Shown in pieces: positions 1 to 10,342 of a stretch of DNA of 64,000 nucleotides. The position numbers and the translations under genes were made by a program. Position 1 is the first letter of the stretch. Every line of letters begins with the position of its first letter. Origin of the DNA: Prorocentrum cordatum (taxonomy: Eukaryota); the NCBI GenBank assembly GCA_963575745.1, contig CAUYUJ010000268.1, positions 1 to 64,000 on the forward strand. Direction: 5' to 3'. The notes beneath the pieces were generated by a model. The model was not told the origin of the DNA. It was given only the letters and a program-made list of their open reading frames with translations, and did no database searches.

Positions 1-218
1 CTGGCTCATCCGCGATCCTTTTCCACGTCCTCCTCGCCCTCCGCCCCCTGCCCATCGCCTCTCAGTCTGCGACTCGACCTGTTCTAGAGTAGGCAAGGGC
101 CGTTCTAATTCTACCAGCGATTCGAGCAGTCTCATGGGCGCCCGTTAGGATTTGGATGTCATGGTCAGCAACCCCCCCCCCCTCATCCCGACAGAATACG
201 CACGGGCGAGCGTTGGTC

Positions 219-1422
219 CTTGACCGAGTCAACGTGCCAAAAGATGGAGCACGATGGGTTCTCCAAAAGCACTTTCACGTTGCGGGCGTCCGCGAGTACC
301 ATCAGCCATGACCTGGGCAATCCGCTGTCTGAGGTGTTTGGGCGCCCACGCTGCCGTTCTCCCTCTCAACCGATCTCTGTCCACATCCGCCTCCTGCCCG
401 CTTCCTCTCACTCTCACCCTCACCGTCTTCCGTGCCGCCCCCCCCCCCGCGCTGCCCTCTTCCCCCCTCTTACACGCAGCCCGCCTATTCCGATCCGACC
501 CGAACGCTTCCGAGAGACCGAGTCTACACAGTCGGTCTGTGTCGCATCGCTGCGTGAGTAGGTGGGCCGCGCGTTTTACAATGCCTGCCGTCGCCTAGGG
601 TCCGCGCAACTAGTTGCGCCTAAGCATGCGCGAGTCATGCTGCATACCGCTGTTGCGAATCCCCGCCCGCCCCCCCGACGCTATCACTCCAGGCCCTCTA
701 AGGGTCGCACACAGCTTCGGCCACAAAGTTGGCCTCGAGCACGTCCCGCCGATCTTCATCACCACGGATGTGGCTGCCCCTGTCCCGTTTCGCGCGGAAG
801 ACTGCGATGTTCAACCACGAGGAACATTCGGGCTCGAGAACGAGCGAGCCGCCAGGCTTGACCTGTAGTACTCCCAGTGCGCAAGTAAGGAGCCCAAGCA
901 AGGTGCACACGTCCTCGGATTCATGTGACGTACGCCTAGGACGAACGAAAGGAAGCGACGACGTCTCCCCTATAGAGCAGACAACGTTGAACGCGACTTG
1001 GACGCAGACTTGGACGCAGTTTGGGCGCACCCAGGTTCGCGTCCAAATCACCGCCAAGTCGCGCCCAGCGCGATCTGCGTCGAGGGCGCACAAGAGAGGG
1101 GTACACGTGGGGTGGGGAGGCTGGGCACAAGCGTTGCACCCCCACGCGGCCTGTCAAATCCTCGAGCTTTGAAGCCCCTGGCGATCAAGGCTCGCGCAAT
1201 GCCACCAGTTCCACAGAACACTTCAAAACAGTCTAAGTATTGATCGATTACAACGGGCCCTTCCCCCTTCAGCCACACAGCAACCTCATTTACAGCCGCA
1301 TCCATCATGTATTCAGAATTGTCACTAGTCAGACGTCGCTCCCCTTCGTTCGGCCACCGCTGGGAAACTATAGCAACGAGCCAACTCGGTGCGCCGTGGC
1401 CCAAACCCAGCCTCTCGGCCAT
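219..1422 (-). CDS. Multi-exon C5-cytosine DNA methyltransferase-like gene, 3'-incomplete (exons ~1422-1151, 935-711, 312-219)
   Basis: Manual splicing gives one open frame: ..LDCFEVFCGTGGIARALIARGFKARGFDR/RTSHESED..GGSLVLEPECSSW..EANFVAEAV/SWLMVLADARNVKVLLENPSCSIFWH. This has motif I (FxGxGG), the motif IV Cys (PxC) and motif VI (ENP). Introns are 1150-936 (GC-AG) and 710-313 (GT-AG); the next donor at 218 is GA. Start codon uncertain. Confidence 0.72.
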
Positions 1423-3879
1423 GCCTCTGGACAGGCGGTGCGTAAATGTATTTAGAATAGCCAAGGGCGCCAAGCACGCGGGCATGGTGGTGCAGGGTCC
1501 GAGAGAACATGGCTCGGTGACACCGCTGGGCCAGATTGCGCACGGTGAGGTTCAGAGACTCGTCTGTGAAGGTCGAATATAGACGAGGAGGGCCAAATTC
1601 CCATATCCTGTTCGGAAAATGACTACGTGCATCGAGTGATCAGCTGCTCTTGCATCATCCCCGATGTCTGACATCAGCCCATTAAGAGCCCCGACATCCC
1701 CCACTTGGAGAACATTTTGGGGAAGTGAGGGACGTGGACTGAGCGCAAGAGCAGCCGATCGTCGATGCCTCGGTGGGCGGAATTCTCACAACCTGAAACG
1801 TTGTCATGGATGAGGGACGAGTGAGTGGGAGGGACGAGACTAACATGTAATGCCGATTCACCAGATAAGAATAATAACGATGCGAATCATCGTCACCACC
1901 GACGATGGTGACGATGACTCGGAGGATTTACCATATGATGTTGGACGAAGAGTTCGGAGGACGAGTTGGAGCAAAGAGAAGGGTGAGGAGGAGGAGCTGA
2001 AGGAGTGGGGAGGGCTCCTGTGGGTGAGATGGCAGAACAAATGCCACTTTGGGGTAAGCCTCACCTTCGCATGTTGCGCGTGCACAACGACCCGCGCTGC
2101 AGCATCCAAAGCACACGTGTACTCGGAGTGGTTCGGTCGTGCGTCCATCTCCTTCGTCACCCTGAACCACGCCACCAACGCGTCAACACTCATCATCAGA
2201 GATCCAGCACACGGCACACGGTCGAAATATGTGTCCAATAGATATTTACAAAACGGGATTAGCATCGACATCTCCGCTCCTTTGATTTTCATGGGGCAGC
2301 CTGGGTGGGGTTCCCCCCTCCTCCTTTGTATTGTGAGCCCACCCCCGATCATGCCTGATGTGAGTCTGCCCATTCTTTGTTCATGAGGTATGTTGTTGAT
2401 GTCGTACCATGCATGTAACTCTGATTCCATATGTTTCACCCGTTGTGGAATAGCCCGCTTGCGGGCCACATTCGCTTCTAGAACCCTCCACAATACTGCC
2501 GAACCTAGCCGTTGCGCCACACCTAAATGGACAGTATGGAGCACGTCCAGGGCAAGTGTGCTTGCGGGGCTTGACTTCAACATGTTAGAGAACAATGGGC
2601 TTCGATGCGTCACTGGGTCCAATGCCGCTCCTTTAGCGTCTCTTTGAACCCGCCAGAACACAATGTCAAAAGGCACCGGCTGGCTGTACACCAATCGGAT
2701 GTCTGGAAGCTCAGGCGAGGGGAGCACCGCATCATTAAGCATTAAAGGAATCCCCGCCACCTCTTTGACTACAACGAGCCCACCAACCTTTTTTGACTCT
2801 GGGTCTGCAAAGCGCAACATGCCTAGTACCTGTGCCAGCTGTTCCTGATAATCAATACGAATGGTGTGCTCGCAGCGGTCACGTGCTTCTGAATACGATT
2901 ATGGATCTCTGTCTGGGAACGGAAGGCCCTCGGAGCTCAGGAAACCAGGGTATGTCACGTGCAAAGAATCCAGCGGCGCCGAGCAACACGGACAAGGATT
3001 GAAAATGCTGTTCCACCCTGACAGCCCGAACGTTTTCTGGAACTCAGCCCAATCCCCCTTGATGTACAACAATACTGCCCTGTACCCGAGGTCCCTGCCT
3101 GCCCGCCCATCCTCTGCCCAGCATGTCCCGTCGTACTGTGCATCAGGAGCCCGCCCTCTCACCATGGCACTGACCTGCCACTCCACGACACGCATAAACG
3201 CGCACAGCGTACAGTGCCCTGCACACCCGCAAGCACATTTGTCGAGCGAGCGTAAGTACCCAATATAGTGACGCTTGTGTGTAAGCAGATTGATGATACT
3301 AACGTTCAGGACGCTGTCCGTGCGCCCCGCATGAAGAGGCGAATACCGCACTGAGTCTGCGTATAATGCTATGGGAACGGGCCACTTTCCAGTTTCATTC
3401 AGACATTGCTGCACGTGGGCGTGATTTTGATAGCTGCGGGTCAGCATGGCAGAGTTTAAATCATCGGCGCCATATTCCAAAGTTTGTCGGCACACATCAT
3501 CGTGCAACACTTCTTCTGATATTGATTCGAACACAAGTTGCACGTCTGTGCTTGCCTTTGTCAAATGAGCTCCCCCGCGGACTTGCATCGGGATGGTTAT
3601 TTTCATCATGGCACCGACTGCAGGCATACGTTTATCTACATGATCTTTATATTTGCCAGACTGTTTACCAGGAGCCATCCCCCACCAATCCCAATGAGCC
3701 CCTCCAATCCCAGCCCTGGCGCAAAAATAACATCAAACTGCAAGGTCTTTAGCCGTCATTTGTCTGCCCGAAACGTAAATCCCAACTAAGTGGTGAAATA
3801 AATCAGATCCCGCCAAACGTTGCTGCGCACCATCGGTGCTGGGCTTCCACATGCGACGGGGTAATCTTTTGGGGGCCAT
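1325..3879 (-). pseudogene. CMC/EnSpm(CACTA)-like DDE transposase with two in-frame stops and one GA-AG intron (2017-1608)
   Basis: ORFs 3733-4071, 2899-3678 and 1858-2820 share one frame, separated by TGA (3733-3735) and TAA (2899-2901). Motifs are IALYADSV, IKGDWAE..CPCC, LDVLHTVHLGV, LTPKWHLFCHL and, after splicing, RIWEFGPPRLYSTFTDESLN. This is the D-D-(CxxC)-DxxH-KxHxxxH-E order of CMC-type transposases. Confidence 0.75.
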
Positions 3880-4625
3880 GATGCGTTCAATATGGGGTTG
3901 GGTAAGCTCTGAAACCTGCTTGCGCCAAAACTGCGGACTTGATGCCGTGACCACAGCCCTTTCCCTCAGCATCACCCCGCAGACAAGAGCACCAGGCACG
4001 TGCGCGGCGCCAAATGCACCTGCACATCGCGCGCGTGCCCGGTACCAAATGCACCAGCACGTTCGCTTCAAACTGACGATCTTGCGATGCCGTGCGATCT
4101 TGGAAGGAGCGCAGCGTTACACCCCACCCGCCCCGCGCACATCACGCGTGTCCTATGTGTCCTCGATGTCATGTGATCTCTGTATGTTCATTGCACGCGC
4201 GGAAGTGTGTTGTTGCGCTCATTGGCATTCGAGCGTGCACGATTATGGCATGATTCATCACTCTCCTGATGCGCGCGCACATTATACTCCAGACTGTGTC
4301 ATGGTCCTCTCGGCCATGCAGCTCGATCCTCGAGCGTTCGTCTGCCAGACGGGCATCGCAGAGAAAAAATGTAGCTGTCGCGCAGCGCGATTGGATTCAC
4401 CCTCAGCGCTGTCACACAGAAAAGCAGCAACTCAGCTCACTATTCTGTCCCACGACTCGGTCGCTGAGGCCAGGACTGTTGCACCCCGAGCCCTAGACTA
4501 AAGTCGCTGCGTGTGCCACGACATGCAGGCTGCTGGGTTGGCTTCTTGTATAGTTCCTCCCGCCTTTGTACTACATGTGCTAATAATTTTATGTGCCGTG
4601 TTTTTTTTGTTTTCTCTTTTTTTTT

Positions 4626-4630
<5 letters not shown>

Positions 4631-4710
<80 letters not shown>

Positions 4711-4716
4711 GTCTCG

Positions 4717-4770
<54 letters not shown>

Positions 4771-4788
4771 CTCTATATATATATATAT
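4631..4788. repeat. (TC)n followed by (TA)n microsatellite
   Basis: Directly visible; a second TC/TA tract lies at ~6118-6185. Confidence 0.95.
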
Positions 4789-4794
4789 GTAATT

Positions 4795-5946
4795 GAAGAG
4801 CGTTTTTCCACCGCTGCTGGCGAAACCGGGGGGTCACTGCCGGTTCGAACCCCTCCCCCCCCCCCCCCCCCTCCGGAAAACCGGGGGGGGTCACTACCGG
4901 TTCGACCCCTTCCCCCCCCCCCCCCCCTTCGCTCATCATGAAAAGGGGGGGGGGTCACTACCGGTTCGAACCCTCCCCCCCCCCCCCAGCTCATCATGAA
5001 AAGGGGGGGGGTCACTACCGGTTCGAACCCCACCCCCCCCTCGAAAACCGAGTGGGGGTGCGGACAGAGGTGGGGACGGTGTTGGTGGGACAGTGGTGAG
5101 GGGACAGCGGGACAGTGGTGGGGACAGTGGGACAGTGGGACAGTAGAGGGCCGGTAGTGGTGGGGACAGTGGGGGGGACAATGGTGGGAACAGGGGGGAC
5201 AGTGCAGTGTTGTGAGGTGGTGGTGGGGACAGTGGTGCTGGGACATGGGATGAGGTGGAACATTGGACAGTGAGGGTACAATGTGTGGGGACAGGGTGAG
5301 GCGGTGGCGAGAACGCGGTGGACAATGGGAGCAGAGATACGTGGGCGTGGTGGGACAGTGGGGGACAGTGGTTGATCGTGGGACAGCGGAGGAGTCAGTG
5401 GGACAGTGGGTACAGTGGGGATAGTCGGGCAGTGGTTGGGGCCGTGGAGACAGTGGGGAGAGTGGAACCGTGGTGGGAACAGTTCTGGGGACAGCGGGGA
5501 CAGTGCGACAGTGGTGGGGGCACTGGTGGGACAGTAGGGGCGGTGGTGGAACCAGTGGGGACAGTGGTGGTGAGGACAGGTGCTGGGAACACCAGTGGGG
5601 GATGTGATGCGGACGTGGTGGACGAGAGTCGTTTGCTGGCGTGAGCAGGCCCGGGGGGGGGGGGGGGGAGGTGGGGGGGTTCGAACCGTATGACTCCTCC
5701 GGTTTCCGGATCCGGAGGGGGTGGAGGGGTTTCGAACCCCAGTGACCCCTCCCCGTTTTCGACGGAGGGTGGGGGTGGAGGGGTTAGGGGAGAGGGAGGG
5801 TTTTGCCGGGGGAGAGAGGGGGGGGGGAGGGGGAAGGTCCAGCAGGGGAGGGGGGATTTTCGGAGGGCGGGGGGGGGCGACCCCCGGGTTCCGGAGGAAA
5901 AGGTGGCAATTTTCCACAGTAAAGCGGCGGTGGATCACGCTCTCTC
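4795..5946. mobile_element. Non-autonomous TIR element (MITE-like, ~1.15 kb) with subterminal repeats and a G-rich minisatellite core
   Basis: Left end GAAGAGCGTTTTTCCACCGCTGCT versus right-end reverse complement GAGAGAGCGTGATCCACCGCCGCT. Four GGGGGGTCACTRCCGGTTCGA units on the left, inverted degenerate copies at ~5675-5750, a GTGGGACAGTG-type core, TA-rich flanks. Confidence 0.65.
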
Positions 5947-6113
5947 ATATATATGTATATACATGAAACGTTCATACATGCGACCATCTGTCTACATAGA
6001 CACACGCTGATGTGTATACGACCATCTGGCGACACACGCGGTGTATGCATTGGCATCCCTTTGTAGTGTTATGGGTTCCTCTCTGCTTGTCTATCTGTCT
6101 GTCTGTCAGGATC

Positions 6114-6160
<47 letters not shown>

Positions 6161-6361
6161 CTCTATGTGTATATATATATATATCGTTACACTACATACT
6201 TGAGCATGTACGTGCGCATGTTGAAGGCATATGCGTGGTGCGCCTGTCTCTCATGTGCCCGCGACAATGCCTACACGTCGTGCTTAGTTTCTATCATATC
6301 CGTCTCTACTTACTGTTAGTGTCACAGCTGTACATGCGCCGCAGCAGGCCATCATCTTAAT

Positions 6362-7365
6362 TATTGACGCTTCGCGTACCCCCACCAGCCCATCCAGAAA
6401 CGATCAGCAGGGGACTTGGCGAGTCAGGGGCGGCAGGACGCATGTAGTCGCGCAGCAGTCTTCGAGGAAACAAGGATCACACATAGCTTCCCGCATTGAA
6501 GTTTACTATGGAAATCAGTACAAGCTACGATTGTGCTTCGATGAGTGGTGATGAGTGTTTCGATGACTCGTAATGGCTGATGCACTGATTTATATCTGAA
6601 ACTCGCGTGCGTTCCGAAACTTGGAGGCATATTTGGGCTCTCTTGGGACTCTCTTGGGCCCCTCTTGGGGCCTCCTGGGGCTCTTGCTTGGCGCTCTCTT
6701 GAGGTCCTCTTAGGGCCTTCGTGGGGCTTCGTGGTGCTCTATTGGTGCGTCTTGGGGCCCTCTTGGGGCTCTTTGGGGGTCTGGGAGGCCTCTAGGAGCC
6801 GTCTTCGGCCGCATATATCAAAAGAGGGCTGGTCTCAATTCCCATCGCCCCTCGGAGACACAAACATGCCGTCTTGGGCCCCTGTTGGGCCGCTCTCGGA
6901 TCGCTTTTGGGCGCTCTTGGGGCAATCTTGGGTGGGGCCCTCTTGGGCGTCTCTGGGAGCTTTCTTGGGCTATCGTGGGTCCATATTGACGCCTGAAGAG
7001 CCCATCTGAAGCGAAAAGGCGCCAATGCCAAAAACATGGGTTTCCCATAGGTTTTGGAGCCATGTTGGCCTCGGAGGGCATGCGAAACCGTCTTGGAGCA
7101 GTCTTGGAGCCTCTTGGATGCGTGTCTGAGGCTATCTTGAGCCAAGTTGATGAATGTTGGGCCATCTTGGTGGCCATCTTGGGCTCTCTGAGGCTCTCTT
7201 GGGGCCATCTGGAGCCCAAAATGACCCTATGCCACATCGCTGCCCTCGCCGTCCAGAGGCTGGGGGGGCGGGGGGGAGGGGGTGGGTAAACCTCCCCTCG
7301 AGCAGGAAGAGGTTGGCAAAAGAAACACGCTAGACCACCTCCGCCCAGAGGGCTGGTGAGATTTA
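6362..7365 (+). repeat. ~1-kb dispersed repeat, left arm of an inverted pair
   Basis: Similar along its length to the reverse complement of 8555-9546 (e.g. CCATCCAGAAACGATCAGCAGGGG, GCTAGACCACCTCCGCCCAGAGGG); rich in CTCTTGGG-type subrepeats. Confidence 0.85.
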
Positions 7366-7459
7366 CCGATCCACATCTGCCCAGTCGCGCGCTCACCCTC
7401 TCCATTCCTGATTCTTCCTGCTGCATCGCCGCCGGAGCTCAAAATCAAGCGCTGCCTGG

Positions 7460-7742
7460 GCTTGGACGGGACTTGGACGGGACTTGGACGGGACTTGGAC
7501 GGTACTTGGACGGTACTTGGACGGTACTTGGACGGTACTTGGATGGTATTTGGATGGTACTTGGATGGTACTTGGACGGTACTTGGACGGTACTTGGACG
7601 GGGAGATGGGGGTTCTATGTATTTTACAGGGTTTCGTCAACTTGGACGGGACTTGGACGGTACTTGGACGGTAGCCGTTTTGGATGGGTTTTGGATGGTA
7701 CTTGGACGCGACTTGGACGGTACTTGGACGGTGTTTGGATGC
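7460..7742. repeat. 11-bp tandem repeat (GGTACTTGGAC)n
   Basis: Roughly 20 near-identical units in two blocks, without spacers. Confidence 0.95.
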
Positions 7743-8554
7743 GTGTTTGCTGAGTTTTTTCGATGACGGAGAGGGTTCACGGGTCAAAACGTATGATTTT
7801 TGCATTTCTTCCCCCCCAAATCGTGCCAGCACCAGAAAATCTCGCTACAGCCATGCTCGCGCACGAATCACTGAGCGACCTTACGCCGCTTGGGCACTGA
7901 CTTCTCTGGAACAGGGTTGCGAGCCTGCTTCTGGCGGAAAATCTTATTGATCTCATTCCCCATGTTGTTCAGCGGCCCAGTGATGGCCTGCCGATCCCGT
8001 TTCTCCGCGCTACGTCTACCCGATTGCTAGGTTCATTGGTCTGACTGCTCGTTCGCATCGAACATACATGCTGATCCGTGGCAGGTGCATCATACATCAA
8101 ACAGAACACTCGAAAGCACCAATATGTGGAGCCAGCCGAGTCGAGGCGAGCTAAAGTTGGGGTAGGCATAGCGGAGGCAAGGGCTGGCAATGGGCGATGG
8201 GTGAGGATGGGGCATACGGGCAGGGTTGCGTCGGGGGGACGGGATGCCAGAGATGAAGTTGGGTGGCAATAGTCGATGAGGCGCACGGGGAGGAACATGG
8301 CACGACCCACCCCCGCACCGTGGTAAGCTGCTTGATCTTCACCTCGAACTCGGCCTCGCCGACTCTCTTCTGCAGGAGGGACACGTTGGCGCTGGTCATC
8401 GCCTCCCTGTAGAACGTCTCCTTGTCCATCTCCGTCTTTACATCCCCCCGCAGATGCGGCCCGCGCCAGTCCCACCCCCCTCCTCGCTGCCGTCCCTGCG
8501 TCGAAGCTTAGGTTGAGAACGAGTGTCCAAATGTCAGAGCTAGGGTCGAGAACG

Positions 8555-9546
8555 AATCCCACCAGCCCTCTGGGCGGAGGTGGTCTAGCGTGTTTCGTTT
8601 GCCAACCTCTCCCTGCTCGGGGGGGGGGTACCCCCCCCCTCCCAGCCTCTGGACGGCGAGGGCAGCGATGTGTCAGAGGGTCCTCGTGGGCTCCAGATGG
8701 CCCCACGAGAGCCTCAGAGAGCCCAAGATGGTCTCCAAGATGGCCCAACATCATACCTCAAGCTGGCTCAGGGTAGCCTCCGACACGCATCCAATATGCT
8801 CTACGACGGCTCCAAGACGGTTTCAAGTGCCCTCCGAGCCCTCCAAGGACCACTCCAAGGGGCCAACATGATTCCAACACTGAGGAAACAATGTGTTTGG
8901 CTTTGGTGCCGTTTCGCGTCCGACGTGCTCTTCAGGCGTCAAGATGGGCCCACGATGGCCGAAAGGGAGTTCCCAGAGACGCCCAAGAGGGCACCAAGAG
9001 CGCCCAGCAGCGCTCCGAGAGCGACCCAACAGAGGCCCAAGACGGCAGGTGTGTGTCTCCGAGGGGGGGCGATGTGAATTGAGACCAGCCTTGTTTGATC
9101 TATGCGGCCTAAGACGGCTTCTAGAGGCCTCCCAGCCCCCCCAAAGAGCCCCAAGAGGGCCTTAAGACGCCCCAAGAAGCCCCACCAATGCCCTAAGAGG
9201 ACCTCAAGAGAGCACCAAGAAAGAGCACCGGGAAGCCCCAAGAGGGGCCCAAGAGAGTACCAAGAGAGCCCCACGATGCCTCCAAGTTTCGGAACGCACA
9301 CGAGTTTAAGATACAAATCAGTGCAAGAGCCATTACGAGTCATCGAAACACCCATCACCCCTCATCGAATCACCATCGTAGATTGCACCGATGTCCATCT
9401 TAAACTTCAATGCGGGAAGCCATGTGTGACACTTGTTTTTTCCCGAAGACTGCTGCGCGACTGCATGCGTCATGCCGCTCCTGATTCACCAACTCCCCTG
9501 CTGATCGTTTCTGGATGGGCCAGTTGGGACACGCGAAGCGTCAATC
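8555..9546 (-). repeat. ~1-kb dispersed repeat, right arm of an inverted pair
   Basis: Reverse complement of 6362-7365, with many substitutions. Confidence 0.85.
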
Positions 9547-10342
9547 ATTTCCGATTGCCTGATGCCCATCTAACAGATCGCGGGGATATGAGTGCGAACG
9601 ATGGAGACGATGAGCAAGAAGAGGGCGAGGAAATAGGGCGTGGGAGAGGAGCGACCAGGATGGGACATCTGACATGTCAAGGTGGTGTTGTTATGATGAG
9701 GACGTGGGCACGATGCAGTGAGGGAAATATAACGATGGCAAGGGCGAGATAATTTGCTGCCTAGGGGGACCATCGCCGCGCGCACCTGAGGGCACATCGC
9801 CCCCCCGCCTTCGTTACTTAAACCACCCTGACGCCGAATGTGTTTCATTTAGTGGCGCTCCGAGATGGATCAGTCCCTGTTTGACGGGCTCACGACTAGA
9901 TCGAGAGGGTTACGCATGAGGTCTCAGATTGATGATGCTGTATATGCACCGGTTCGCTGCGATATCTAGAGGTTGACATGATGACGCGCATGATTTCGGT
10001 TATGGGACATGTGGTGATGGATGCGCTAACGGTGAACGATATGCTTGATCGTGTGGATGGTAATGGCGGCTACAAGGCGAGCGGACATCACGAGGAGGAG
10101 AGGTTAAAGGACGTGGATGCGGAGGATCGATAATGCTGACATCTGCTATGGTCGGTGCCGACGGCGGAAATAGCCGTTCTCCTGCGCACAGCTCGCTGTG
10201 TCTGTTGAGTGCATACCGCGAAAACACGCGACTGGCTGTCGTGCATTGCGATGTGCAATGCAAGCGTAAAATATCAATGTGTGGCGTGCGGCGCGCGGTG
10301 GCATCTCGGCCACACTAGAACATGCCCACAGTCTCCACCGCG

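Noticed and set aside
4820..5045. tRNA genes suggested by GGTTCGAACC
   Set aside because: No cloverleaf, D-arm or anticodon arm; these are subterminal repeats.
7460..7742. Possible CRISPR array
   Set aside because: 11-bp head-to-tail units with no spacers, no cas genes, eukaryotic context.
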